A stretch of 64,000 nt of DNA from Candidatus Latescibacterota bacterium. GTDB lineage: Bacteria; Latescibacterota; UBA2968; GCA-2709665. The DNA lies in NCBI GenBank assembly GCA_965116875.1, contig OZ220733.1:2400001-2464000 (forward strand), given 5' to 3'. Positions 20,215 to 30,262 of this stretch are shown in pieces. The notes under the pieces are model-generated. The model was given only the letters and a program-made list of their open reading frames with translations, was not told the DNA's origin and did no database searches. Each line of letters opens with the position of its first letter. Position 1 is the first letter of the stretch. The position numbers and the translations under genes were made by a program.

Positions 20215-20521
20215 TTTGTACCTCCTTCCGGATCCGTCGCAGGACTTGCGGCGGGATGTCATCCGTAACATTCTTCGGATACATGGTCAGCATCCAGAAA
20301 ACACGGGATGCTCTTTTCACAAAGTAGATGACCCTGAATCCACCGCGTTTCCCTCGGCCTGACAGCCTCCATCGCAACTTGCGAACACCTCCTGACCCCG
20401 GAATGACATCGCCGGCGTCAGGGTCCGTTACCAGGGTCAGTTGCAATTCCGAATACTCCTGATCGGACAGGTATCTCAACACCAGGCGTGTAAAGAGCTT
20501 CGTCTCGACAAAGCTATACAT
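20201..20521 (-). CDS. RelE/HigB2-family toxin
   Basis: FVETKLF, GDVIPGSGGVRKLRW, GKRGGFRVIY, MYPKN. Confidence 0.93.
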   Translation of the reverse strand: MYSFVETKLFTRLVLRYLSDQEYSELQLTLVTDPDAGDVIPGSGGVRKLRWRLSGRGKRGGFRVIYFVKRASRVFWMLTMYPKNVTDDIPPQVLRRIRKEVQNDYG

Positions 20522-20530
20522 AAAAAGAAA

Positions 20531-20549
20531 TATACGGCAGTGCCGTATA
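20531..20549. promoter_or_regulatory. Operator palindrome of the HigBA2-like operon
   Basis: tatacggca-g-tgccgtata, perfect 9-bp arms, just downstream of minus-strand ttgaca and 10 bp before the toxin start. Confidence 0.75.
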
Positions 20550-20605
20550 ATGTCAAGTCACGGATAATTGGTACTATGCCCCAAAGAAATCGGTAGGGGA
20601 ACGCT

Positions 20606-21430
20606 TCATTTCTTTCTGTTCTCCTCGAGCCAGCCGACGGTGAAATCCACAACCTCGCGTTGCGGCATGAGTTGGCATTCCGCGAGACCCACCTTGCCCC
20701 TGCGCACCACTGTCCCCGCGTCCGACTTCAGAAAGTCCTCACCGATGCGATTGAAATCCGAACTGTCCGGTTCGACTTCCTCGAAGGTTGTCCACCGCCG
20801 CGATCCAGATGTATGGATCGGAGCGCCTTCACACACAACCTTCCTGGTTGGAAAGTCCGCCCGGTATTCCGCAAGATGCATCGAAGTATTGGATCCGTGG
20901 CTCGTGCCGAGAAGAAGGACAAAACCGTGCAGATCGTATATTCTCGCGAGCGGCGAACCCTCGCCCATACCGAAAGCCAGCGAATGATCATCCACGATTC
21001 GGGATGCCTGGGGACCGTGTGCGCAAAACGAGACCTGCGGGTGAGAACTGCGGAGGACTCCTCTATGCTTACGGAATGTCTCGGCGATAACGCCCATCGA
21101 ATGAGTGGGAGTAAGCTCAGGATCGTAGGCCGGCATGTTCTCGCGTATGACCGGCCACCAGGACTCGGGGACCGGAGGGTTCTCCCACTTGCCGGGCTCG
21201 GACAGGCCGGTCGAGTGGGCGGGCATCACCAGCGTTCCGGAAGGTCCCAAGACCTCCTCAAGAGCAGCAACAACCGCGACGGCTCCCCCGCACACCCATC
21301 CCACCGCGCTCAAGGATGAATGGACAATCACGACCATCCCCGGCCGTACGCCGAGACTGCGGAGGTCCCTCTGAAGTGTTTCAATCGTCGCAGGCGATTC
21401 GGTTTTTTCGATGACCTTGCATTCACTCAT
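20606..21430 (-). CDS. AAC(3)/YokD-family N-acetyltransferase
   Basis: VHSSLSAVGWVCGG, GTLVMP, RSSHP.VSF, NTSMHLAEYRA. Confidence 0.92.
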   Translation of the reverse strand: MSECKVIEKTESPATIETLQRDLRSLGVRPGMVVIVHSSLSAVGWVCGGAVAVVAALEEVLGPSGTLVMPAHSTGLSEPGKWENPPVPESWWPVIRENMPAYDPELTPTHSMGVIAETFRKHRGVLRSSHPQVSFCAHGPQASRIVDDHSLAFGMGEGSPLARIYDLHGFVLLLGTSHGSNTSMHLAEYRADFPTRKVVCEGAPIHTSGSRRWTTFEEVEPDSSDFNRIGEDFLKSDAGTVVRRGKVGLAECQLMPQREVVDFTVGWLEENRKK

Positions 21431-21797
21431 CTGAAGGCTCCGGGTGTTCCTCCTGTCTCGCGGCGATGGCCACGATCTCAACAAGGGTATCTCCCTCCAG
21501 CCCGACCTCCACGCAGGCGCGCTGGGGCCAGTGGTCCGGTCCTATCCACCCGTCCCAGACCTCGTTGAGGATGGACTTTCCGGACATGTCCGTGATGTAG
21601 ACCGTCGCCGAGAGGAGCCGCGTTCTGTCGGTACCGGCCTTGTCCAGATTCGCGTCGAGTTGTTCCAGCGCCTGCCTGGTCTGGCCCCTGAAGTCCGCCG
21701 ACAGGTCCGGCGCAATCACGGCTGTATAGACGAGGCCGTTATGTTCGACGGATTCGCTCCGGCCGACCGCCTTTCCCGGGTATCTTGTGATGGACAT
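21423..21797 (-). CDS. RidA/YoaB family protein
   Basis: QTRQALEQLD..L, LNEVWDGW, PQRACVE, VEIVAIA. Confidence 0.9.
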   Translation of the reverse strand: MSITRYPGKAVGRSESVEHNGLVYTAVIAPDLSADFRGQTRQALEQLDANLDKAGTDRTRLLSATVYITDMSGKSILNEVWDGWIGPDHWPQRACVEVGLEGDTLVEIVAIAARQEEHPEPSDE

Positions 21798-21977
21798 CGA
21801 AACTCCTTTGTTGTCGCGCGAAATGTGAAAAGAGTTGGTCTCCGTGAAGTAAAAATCCTATATTGCGTGGAAATCGAGGCGGACTCTTATCTGAAGCATG
21901 AGATTCCGCGTGCATCATTCCTTCCAGTCCGGTGCCTGCGGACGGTTGCCGCGAGGCGCTCGAGAAAGAATTGATTC

Positions 21978-22835
21978 ATGTCACTATTGACGTTCAAGCT
22001 GCTCGCCGCTGTTGCGATCCTGGCCGTTGCCGTGATCGGGGGCGTCATCCCCCTCCTTGCCGCCCGCCACGAATCCAGCCGGCGGTTCTTTTCATTGGGC
22101 AACGCCTTTGCAGGCGGCCTGTTCCTCGGGGTCGGCTTCATCCACCTGCTGCCTGAGGGGATGGAAAAGCTGGAAGGGATCGTGGAATTCCCGTTGGCCG
22201 CGCTTCTGGCGGCGTTGGGCCTTGGCGCCCTCTTGCTGATCGACCGCGTGATCTACGGCGACCATCACGCCGATCATTCGCCTGGCAGCGCCCAGTTACA
22301 GCATTCCGTCTACCCGTATGTCCTCCTGGCGCTCCTGTCGATTCACTCCATCATCGCCGGAATCACGCTCGGTCTCGAATCGAACGTGATCGGCTCGTTC
22401 GTTATTCTGCTCGGGATCCTCTGCCACAAGGGATCCGCGGCATTCGCACTCATGGTGTGCATCTACGAGGCGGGCATCCGGGCGAGAAAACAGAAATCCA
22501 TGCTCGCAATCTTTGCGATAATGACACCAATGGGCGTGGTCATCGGCCTGCTGATGGCAGCGGTCCTGGGTGAGCATGAGAACATCGCGGCGCTGATCGA
22601 GGGGAGCTTCAATGCGATCGCCGCCGGGACCTTCATCTACGTGGCTGCCGTTGAAATCATAGACGCGGAGATGTCCACAAGGGAAATGCGCCTGGCAAAA
22701 TACGTATTGAGCGCACTGGCCGGGGACGACGACGTGCCCATGCCCGTGAGGGATACCGACAGGTTGGTAAAATTCGTACTCATCATAGTCGGTATCTCCC
22801 TGATGGCGCTGCTCTCGGAGTGGCACGTACATTGA
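21978..22835 (+). CDS. ZIP family metal transporter
   Basis: GFIHLLPE, His-rich loop, HSIIAG, HKGSAAF, GTFIYV. Confidence 0.92.
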   Translation: MSLLTFKLLAAVAILAVAVIGGVIPLLAARHESSRRFFSLGNAFAGGLFLGVGFIHLLPEGMEKLEGIVEFPLAALLAALGLGALLLIDRVIYGDHHADHSPGSAQLQHSVYPYVLLALLSIHSIIAGITLGLESNVIGSFVILLGILCHKGSAAFALMVCIYEAGIRARKQKSMLAIFAIMTPMGVVIGLLMAAVLGEHENIAALIEGSFNAIAAGTFIYVAAVEIIDAEMSTREMRLAKYVLSALAGDDDVPMPVRDTDRLVKFVLIIVGISLMALLSEWHVH

Positions 22836-22928
22836 GAGCATACCGCCTGCCCGCGCCGCAAACTGCACACTTTGAGGTTTCTGATTCACTGTCATGACCT
22901 CAAGTCGCAATATCGGTTGCCCATTCAA

Positions 22929-24863
22929 TTATACGTACTGCTCAAACCACGACACCATCCTGTGCAGATATTCCACGTGCATCGCCGGGTGACCGCTCCT
23001 CCTGAAGCCGTGTGACGACTCTGGAAAGCGTACGAACTCCACGGCCTTTCCCTGTCGCTTCAGCGCGACGAAGAACTGCTCGGCCTGTTCTATCGGACAT
23101 CTGTAGTCCTCCTCGCCGTGCATCAGCAACACCGGAGTACGCACCTCCGGCGCATAGGTCAGCGGCGACCGGCTCACGAGCGCTTCCACGTTCTCCAACA
23201 CTGAACCACGCCACTGATTCTCGCCGAACGACACGCCAATATCCGACGTCCCGTACATACTGTGCAAATTGATACATGGCGCGCCGATCACCGCCGCTTT
23301 AAAACGATGGTCGTGACCGACGATCCAGCTGCTCATAAACCCGCCGTAGCTGTATCCGTGGACCCCCAGGCGATCCGAATCCATGTAGGGCCGCTCGCAG
23401 AGCAGATCGACGCCTGCCATCAGATCCAGAAAATCTTCCCCGCCCCAGTCCCCGAGCACAGCCTTCAGAAAATCCGGACCGTATGACGACGACCCCCTCG
23501 GATTCACGGCCAGTACGATATACCCCGCGCCTGCCAGAATCTGATGCGTGACGTCGTACGAATCCGAAAAGCGCCCGTGCGGCCCACCGTGAATGTCCAG
23601 TACCATTGGATACGACCTCGCGGCATCGAAATCGTCTGGAAACAGCACCCGCGCCTCGATCGCCCGGCCGTCCCGCCCGAACGCGAACTTCTCCATGCGC
23701 GCAGCGGGATGGGCCTCCAGAAACCCAACGTTTACCGCGGTTACCTCCCGTTGACGCTTCGGAACTACTTCAAGCACGGCCACGTCGCACGGACAGTAAG
23801 GGGACGACGTCACCGCAGCCGCGCACGCTCCAGCGCGGTCAACCGACAGACCCGTGAATTCACGCCCGCCGCCGCCCAGAACCCGGGTCCGTGGAGCAGA
23901 CACACTCGAATCCGCCCGGCATAGAAAGGATTCGCCCTCCCTGTCACCGATGAACAATATCCCGCCGTCCGGCGTCCAGCTCCGCGACGCCAGCGGTTGT
24001 ACCACAGTATATACATCGCCCGCCACGCACACCGGCTTCTCGGCCTCATCCAGTACGAACAGCCACGATTGTCTTGAATCCCACACCTCGGGATCGTGAG
24101 AACCCGCGACCGCCAATCGCGTTCCATCAGTCGACCACGCCGCGGACTCAGCACGGCTCAGTCCTCTCGACCAGCATCGCGACGTCCGGCCCACCAGTTC
24201 CATTACGTGGACCTCGGAACCCCGAACGAAATCGCGGGCCTCTATGCAGTCTGTCACAAATGCGATACGGCTTCCGTCGGGAGACCACGTCGGCGCCTCG
24301 TGATTGCCCTCCCCGTCCGTTATCTGCTCCGCCAGGCCGGTTGCGGCGTCCACCAGGAACAACTGCGAAAAGGCGTCGCCCCGCCAGCCGTCTCCATCGT
24401 CACGGTATCGCACGCGGCGGGCGACCCGCGTTCTCGGCAATGTCTCTTCGTCGTGATCGTCAGGCGACCGGTCCGGGTCCACCCGAGAGACAACGACAAA
24501 TTCCGAGCTGTTGGGCGACCATGCCAGATCCTTAACGCCATCCGGAAGCGTCGTCAGCTGATTCGCGTCCCGGCCGTCGACCCGCATCACCCATACCTGC
24601 CTCCTGTCATCCTCTCCGGAACGCAAAAAAGCAAGAGTCTGCCCGTCTGCCGATAGCCTGGGCGCCGCGTCCCGAGGCCCCTCTGTCAGGTCGATGGCAG
24701 AGCCGGTCTCAAGCGGCTGCATCACGATCCGGGACTCCCGCTTCATCGTCTCCCTGTTGATCTCCTGCCGCACGAAAACAACGGCGGAACCGTCCCCCGC
24801 GATCTCCACGTCCGATACGTCAACCAGATCGTAAGTCTGCTCGGGTTTGAAAGGTGAGGACAT
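22929..24863 (-). CDS. S9 family peptidase (acylaminoacyl-peptidase-like)
   Basis: Beta-propeller WSPDG repeats, HGGP, GYSYGG nucleophile, D and H of triad. Confidence 0.95.
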   Translation of the reverse strand: MSSPFKPEQTYDLVDVSDVEIAGDGSAVVFVRQEINRETMKRESRIVMQPLETGSAIDLTEGPRDAAPRLSADGQTLAFLRSGEDDRRQVWVMRVDGRDANQLTTLPDGVKDLAWSPNSSEFVVVSRVDPDRSPDDHDEETLPRTRVARRVRYRDDGDGWRGDAFSQLFLVDAATGLAEQITDGEGNHEAPTWSPDGSRIAFVTDCIEARDFVRGSEVHVMELVGRTSRCWSRGLSRAESAAWSTDGTRLAVAGSHDPEVWDSRQSWLFVLDEAEKPVCVAGDVYTVVQPLASRSWTPDGGILFIGDREGESFLCRADSSVSAPRTRVLGGGGREFTGLSVDRAGACAAAVTSSPYCPCDVAVLEVVPKRQREVTAVNVGFLEAHPAARMEKFAFGRDGRAIEARVLFPDDFDAARSYPMVLDIHGGPHGRFSDSYDVTHQILAGAGYIVLAVNPRGSSSYGPDFLKAVLGDWGGEDFLDLMAGVDLLCERPYMDSDRLGVHGYSYGGFMSSWIVGHDHRFKAAVIGAPCINLHSMYGTSDIGVSFGENQWRGSVLENVEALVSRSPLTYAPEVRTPVLLMHGEEDYRCPIEQAEQFFVALKRQGKAVEFVRFPESSHGFRRSGHPAMHVEYLHRMVSWFEQYV

Positions 24864-24883
24864 AGGCCTCCCTCCATTTCGTT

Positions 24884-26038
24884 TCACGTTCCATGTGCTT
24901 GCCTACGCGTATAGACCCTTCCGCCCTTGACGACGGTCACGGGGACCAGATTCCGCTTGCCCGTCCGGACCTCCCCTGTCGAGTCTTCGAGGCGAAAATC
25001 TCCTTCCCGCAGCTCGAACACCACGGCGTCCCCGAACGCTGCGTTCGCCAGCGTGCCCACCTCGCCCTCCATCCCGATGATTGCTGACGGCACGGACGTC
25101 ACGCGCGAGATCGAATCTTCAATCGACAGCCCCAGATGCAGGAACTTGGTGACCACGGATGCCAGGTCGTACACGGGGCCGTTGACATTGTAGACGTGCA
25201 GGTCCGATGAAATCGTGGTGGGAAGCACGTCCTGCGACAGCGCCTTCTCAACGATTTCCCACGAAAAGGACCCCGCGCCGTGGCCCACGTCGAACACGAC
25301 GCCCCGTTCAATCGCTTCCAGCACCGAATCGCGGATACGACCTTCATCGTCGAGAATCCCGCACGGGTAGTCGTGGAAACAATGGGTCAGAATGTCTCCG
25401 CCCTTCATCACCCCGAGTATATCGTCGATCGATTCGCACCAGGCGTCCTGGGGATGCACCATAATGGGCAATCCCGCCGCGTCCGCCGCCTCCCTTGCCC
25501 TGTGGAGCGGGAGCATGCCGGACCGTTCGCTGACGATGGTATTCCTCGTTAACCGTACCTTCACGCCCAGGACGACGTCGCGGTGCTGTTCTATCATGCG
25601 GCACGCCTTGTCCACGTCCGCGTATTCGGGAATCTCGAACTCCCCGATCTCTTCGGTGAGCATACCCTGCGACGAGATATTCATCTGCGCCAGGATCCGC
25701 GTCTCGCTCACGTCGATCACGTATTTCCGGAAACCCGGGAAGATATCCGCGCCCGCGGACCCCGCATCGACTACGGTCGTCGCGCCTCGGGCCAGACACG
25801 TAGGATCGGGTTCGATGCCATAGTGACTCACGCCGGCAAATACATGGACGTGAAGATCGATCAGACCGGGCGTCACCACACAGCCCGATGCGTCGATCAC
25901 CTCACGGGCGTCGACCTTATCGAGACGCTCGCCGACAGCCGCAACCCGTCCCGCCGCGAACCCCACGTCCCGTACGCCGCTGAGGTTCTCCGCCGGATCG
26001 ACCAGCGTCCCACCTTTAACCAGCAGATCGTACTTCAT
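24884..26038 (-). CDS. Amidohydrolase/deacetylase family metallohydrolase (dihydroorotase-like)
   Basis: PGLIDLHVH, TTVVDAGSAG, DVGHGAGSFS, ISSDLH. Confidence 0.92.
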   Translation of the reverse strand: MKYDLLVKGGTLVDPAENLSGVRDVGFAAGRVAAVGERLDKVDAREVIDASGCVVTPGLIDLHVHVFAGVSHYGIEPDPTCLARGATTVVDAGSAGADIFPGFRKYVIDVSETRILAQMNISSQGMLTEEIGEFEIPEYADVDKACRMIEQHRDVVLGVKVRLTRNTIVSERSGMLPLHRAREAADAAGLPIMVHPQDAWCESIDDILGVMKGGDILTHCFHDYPCGILDDEGRIRDSVLEAIERGVVFDVGHGAGSFSWEIVEKALSQDVLPTTISSDLHVYNVNGPVYDLASVVTKFLHLGLSIEDSISRVTSVPSAIIGMEGEVGTLANAAFGDAVVFELREGDFRLEDSTGEVRTGKRNLVPVTVVKGGRVYTRRQAHGT

Positions 26039-26110
26039 ACCACCCTCCGTTCAAGTGGCAGGCAGCCAGGTTCCTCTGGCTGCCAGGTACGTACTGCAGG
26101 AATCAACACT

Positions 26111-26998
26111 TCACGTGGCCTCGTCCGATCCGACTGACCCCGAATACACGAAATCATACGTCAGCGCATCCCCCACCGGCCTGTATCCGATATTGGTATA
26201 GATGCTGTTGGACGTGGGATTCAGTTGATCGGTAAACAGGCTGCAGAACGAATGGCCGTCTGAGAGGAGCTTCTTCGTCAGCGACCAGACGCACGACGTC
26301 GCATATCCCTGATTGCGATGCTCAGCAGGCGTATACACGCCATTGATGGTGATGCCGTTTCTGGTCGCACGGGAGGTCTTCGCCATGGAAACCGGCCCCC
26401 TACGGTCCCAGATGTACAGTTGCTCGGTCCGAATGTACTGCTTGGCGGCGCCGGCGGCTGCCTCCGGATCCGTTGGCTCACCGATCTGCTCCGAGAATTC
26501 CGCAGTCCACCGCGCCATCAGCGGGTGATCATCCATAGACGCCAGGCGCATTGTCCCCGCGGAAAGGGGCACGTCGGAGACCGCTCTGATTTCGAAGGCG
26601 CGCATTCGCATGGTCAGTCTTGAAGATGCGCCAGGTACCGCTTTGACCCAGGAATCGGAAAAAGCGCGGGCTTCCTCCTCCGGCCCGACAACGCCGGGTA
26701 CCGAGACCTCGTTCAGGTGCAAATGGCAGACCAGAGGAACCACCGCATCCGCAGGTTTCACGTCGAATCTGCTCAGGATGAGTTTTCTTCCCTGTGTCAT
26801 GATTGCCATACCGACGGCCCGGCCCTCGTCCATGACGCTCAGCATAACGGGTGGTTCGTCGCCTAAGCGCCGCGGATTCCCGACAAGCCCGTACATCAGC
26901 CCGAGCGGCAGGTTATGCTCGCTCTCATGCAATTCCAGGTACGCGGCGGTTTTGGAAATCAGGTCCTCGGCACGCTCGTGAGACAATATCTCCATCAC
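26111..26998 (-). CDS. GNAT family N-acetyltransferase
   Basis: VYTPAEHRNQGYA, LFTDQLNPTSNSIY. Confidence 0.9.
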   Translation of the reverse strand: MMEILSHERAEDLISKTAAYLELHESEHNLPLGLMYGLVGNPRRLGDEPPVMLSVMDEGRAVGMAIMTQGRKLILSRFDVKPADAVVPLVCHLHLNEVSVPGVVGPEEEARAFSDSWVKAVPGASSRLTMRMRAFEIRAVSDVPLSAGTMRLASMDDHPLMARWTAEFSEQIGEPTDPEAAAGAAKQYIRTEQLYIWDRRGPVSMAKTSRATRNGITINGVYTPAEHRNQGYATSCVWSLTKKLLSDGHSFCSLFTDQLNPTSNSIYTNIGYRPVGDALTYDFVYSGSVGSDEAT

Positions 26999-27123
26999 TC
27001 TTTTGTCCTTTTTGCCATTAAGCCGGTGGTTCGCATGATTGCGGCCTGATTACAGAGCGGCAGGTGTTGCCGGATCGCGCCGTGCGCGATTTAGTGCGTC
27101 GCGTCTTTTCTGGTCTTGCGACG

Positions 27124-27738
27124 TCAGGACAGGACCCGTCGTCGAGACAGATCGCGCCTCAACTGCCGGGCGTCACGAAAGTGAATGGACGGTAGGCCGA
27201 CCGATTCCGCGCTCCTCACGTTCTGGATTCGATCGTCGATGAACAGACAATCGTGAGGCCCGTACCCCAGAGCGTCGAGAACCTTCGGAAAGACCGTCGG
27301 GTCGGACTTGGTCTTGCCCAGTTCGAACGAGTAGAACCGATCGTCGAAAATGTCCAGAAACGGATGAATCGATCTGATGTATGGAATCCACTCCCGAACG
27401 TGGTCCGACAGCATGGCGACGTGATGTGTTTTCACGACCTCGTGCAGAATATCGAGTGAGCCCTCGATCCGGACGTGGAAGTTGTCCCTGACCATTCGCT
27501 TGAGCGACGCAAGGTCCAGATCCCAGCCCGTTCGCTTCAGAATCCCGCCCAGATAGAGTTCCTCTGAAATTTCCCCTCTCAGGACCTGCATCACCGGCTC
27601 TCCCCCAAAGCACTCCAGGAGACCGTCTTCGGGAATGCAGAGTGCTGCGGAGACCCGCTTCTCAACTCCGGGAAGCCCCGCAATGAAGACTTCAGACAGA
27701 TCGAAGATCAGGCAAAGCGGACGGTTATGGCTGTTCAT
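27124..27738 (-). CDS. HAD-superfamily phosphatase-like protein
   Basis: IFDLSEV, K..P, FIDDR..NV..A. Confidence 0.85.
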   Translation of the reverse strand: MNSHNRPLCLIFDLSEVFIAGLPGVEKRVSAALCIPEDGLLECFGGEPVMQVLRGEISEELYLGGILKRTGWDLDLASLKRMVRDNFHVRIEGSLDILHEVVKTHHVAMLSDHVREWIPYIRSIHPFLDIFDDRFYSFELGKTKSDPTVFPKVLDALGYGPHDCLFIDDRIQNVRSAESVGLPSIHFRDARQLRRDLSRRRVLS

Positions 27739-27805
27739 TCAGGTACACTTGCAGAGGGGGGCGATTTCTGAGGAAAGGAGTCGGTCTAGAGGATTATACA
27801 TTCCG

Positions 27806-28108
27806 TCATTTATCGGCGCGCTCGTCCAGCCATCGTTGAAAGGACCGTTGACTCTCGCCGGATGGCTTGCCAACAAGCAGACCTTCCACACTGAGGTCCT
27901 CATCCAGATCCGGCCAATGAAATCCTTCTCCGTTACCTACAAATCTCCAGTTGTTACGTTCTTTGGACGTACCATGAAGCAGCCGGGGATACCAGGCCAG
28001 AGGAACCGAAATGCTGCGCCCGTCGGCGAAATCGACGGTCAACGTATCGTCTGTCACAGCAATATCCTCGGCTTTTGCAACTATCCGTTCAGTCTGTAAA
28101 GAATCCAT
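27806..28108 (-). CDS. DUF2442-domain protein (putative antitoxin)
   Basis: DGRSISVPLAWYPRL, HWPDLDEDLSVEGLL. Confidence 0.92.
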   Translation of the reverse strand: MDSLQTERIVAKAEDIAVTDDTLTVDFADGRSISVPLAWYPRLLHGTSKERNNWRFVGNGEGFHWPDLDEDLSVEGLLVGKPSGESQRSFQRWLDERADK

Positions 28109-28325
28109 CCCATCCTCGCAACAGAAGTTCCAAGTTGTTCGCTACTGTTTTTTGTATCCGATTGATTTCAGCGCGATTGAACCCGCCGCTGTTTTGAAGT
28201 CGAATGGGCCTTAGCCAAAACTTGGCTTTCTTATTTTCGCGCTCGACGTGAATATGCGGCGGTTCATCACGATCACACGAATAGAAGAAAAACCGGTAGG
28301 GGCCAACTTGGCATACGGTAGGCAT
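28089..28325 (-). CDS. DUF4160-domain protein (putative toxin)
   Basis: MPTV...GPYRFFFYS.D..EPPHIHV...AKFWL; overlaps the DUF2442 gene. Confidence 0.92.
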   Translation of the reverse strand: MPTVCQVGPYRFFFYSCDRDEPPHIHVERENKKAKFWLRPIRLQNSGGFNRAEINRIQKTVANNLELLLRGWDGFFTD

Positions 28326-28652
28326 CGCTCACACGAAATACGCGTACGTACATTAGGATTTGCAAATTCAGACTACCTTTACGCGGTTTCTCTTATTCGG
28401 ACGACCACGCGTGTCAAGACCTACCGGATTGGCCTTCGACAAAAAACACGGAAGGTAGTGGTTTGTCGTGCAGATTTCGCGGCTGAAATTTGGAACGTGA
28501 TTATTCAGGCCAGCCTTTCGATAACGTAGAAAAACGGGGAGGTATTGTCAAGAGTTGTTGAGGATTTCGATCACTCTGACTGGAATTGGGTCGTCAGCCT
28601 GCAACTCGCAGCAGCGCGACGCCTTGACTCGCTGTTTCGTGTGGACGCCAGC

Positions 28653-29234
28653 CTACCGGTCGTGGAATCCCCTCCCTTCGAGGATTTTCCGCCGGTACTT
28701 CTCGATTCTCGCCGCGCGGGTCTTCGAGTGTTTGGCGCCGGAAAAATGCAGAACGTAACCGCGCTGCCGTCCGGGCGTCAATCTGCGAAACGCGACCACG
28801 AAATCCGGATCGTCGTCGAATCTGTTGAGAAGCTCTTCAGGGTACTCGAACTCCGTCGCCTTCTCCACCTTCAGACCTGCTCTTTCGACTTCGATCGCTT
28901 CATGCACGAATGCCTCGATGCTCTTTGACATCCTCGCGACGTCCTCAACGCTGGTGAAACGCATACGAAATCCGGAACGGGAGTTCGGCCCCTGCCTTTG
29001 GAGAAGGCCGTGCGGATCTTTCAGCAACGCGCCTTTGAAGAACAGGAGCGCGAGAAAGTCCTTCATGCTCTGGATAATGCAGATGTTCTTCCCGTCATGG
29101 GCGTAGCAGGGCTTTCCCCACTTCAATGCTTCGGTCAGGTTGCACTCAAGCAAAACCTCTCTCAACTGGTTCACCTCCTGCCGCCATCGCGCGGCGTTCA
29201 GGATTACTGCGTCGACCGTGGCTTCTCCATTCAT
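28653..29234 (-). CDS. YdeI/OmpD-associated family protein
   Basis: LKWGKPCY, LLFFKGALLKDP, LTPGRQRGY, AKxSKTR. Confidence 0.9.
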   Translation of the reverse strand: MNGEATVDAVILNAARWRQEVNQLREVLLECNLTEALKWGKPCYAHDGKNICIIQSMKDFLALLFFKGALLKDPHGLLQRQGPNSRSGFRMRFTSVEDVARMSKSIEAFVHEAIEVERAGLKVEKATEFEYPEELLNRFDDDPDFVVAFRRLTPGRQRGYVLHFSGAKHSKTRAARIEKYRRKILEGRGFHDR

Positions 29235-29376
29235 TTTAACGGCGCCTCTTCCTCTGGTCGTATCCGTTCGGTACCGGTCATCGTGTGCGCGAGCGATCAC
29301 CTCGAATTTCTTGATGGTGACGTGATTCTTGTATCGGAAGGTGCTGCAGCCTGATCCAAGTCAGACTGTCGAAGTT

Positions 29377-30180
29377 CTAACCGGCCTCGCCATGGAGCCA
29401 GCGAAGGCCGCCCGGCCAGCCCTGTTCGGCCATGGACAGGATCGCGCGATAGTAGTCATTCAGGCCGGTTATGGTATAATCGTACAGTTCCGAATGCTGC
29501 ACGCTGTAGTTGGCGATTCCGGCGGCGTTAAACTGGGACGGGTGCGTAAACCAGGCTTCCGGACCCTCGTGCCGCCTGACCAGTTCGGCGTCGTTCATCA
29601 GGTCCCACGTCGTTGACGGCCGTTCCTCGTCGTTCCGATAGACCACCCCCGAATTCGTGTCAACGGCGCCCCACGTTCCGATTCGATACACTTCCACGAT
29701 GACGTGTCCGCTGTAAGCAGCGTTGAGATTGAAGAGAAACACGATGCGGCTGGAAAAGCCGGCAACCTGATACAGCGAACAGCCCACTCGCGCCACGTCG
29801 GTACACCAATCCGTGCCCCTCGCGATAATCTCCTCTTCCCTTCCTCCGAATTTCAAACCGGCCAGCGCGGAAGGGGCACACTCATGATCCAGACGCCTGG
29901 TGATTTCAGCGATCCGGACAACCTGCCGTTCAGGATCCCCAATCGGCAACTCGGCTTCGGAGAGCAACTGTTCCAGAATTGGCCGGGAACCTTTCACATA
30001 GCCCGCGGTAGGGTCCGTGTAGTCTCTGTAAAGGCAACATGCGGTTTCACGGCAGAGCCTGATCATGCCCGACGCGATCTCGCGATCAACGCTTCCCTCG
30101 GCGTGAGGGTCGTTTTCGATCATGATCCGGTACGCACTGCCGAAAGCCTTCGGGCCTGTAAACCGACTGAGGTCTATCAT
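29377..30180 (-). CDS. Transglutaminase-like domain protein
   Basis: C (WCTDVAR), H (SGHVIVEVY), D (WGAVD) papain-like triad. Confidence 0.8.
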   Translation of the reverse strand: MIDLSRFTGPKAFGSAYRIMIENDPHAEGSVDREIASGMIRLCRETACCLYRDYTDPTAGYVKGSRPILEQLLSEAELPIGDPERQVVRIAEITRRLDHECAPSALAGLKFGGREEEIIARGTDWCTDVARVGCSLYQVAGFSSRIVFLFNLNAAYSGHVIVEVYRIGTWGAVDTNSGVVYRNDEERPSTTWDLMNDAELVRRHEGPEAWFTHPSQFNAAGIANYSVQHSELYDYTITGLNDYYRAILSMAEQGWPGGLRWLHGEAG

Positions 30181-30262
30181 GGTCGTAAATAAACACGTGA
30201 GTGGCGCCCGAATCGACGGGCTTTGCCACCCACCGGGGATTCATTCGCATGTGAACGAGCGG

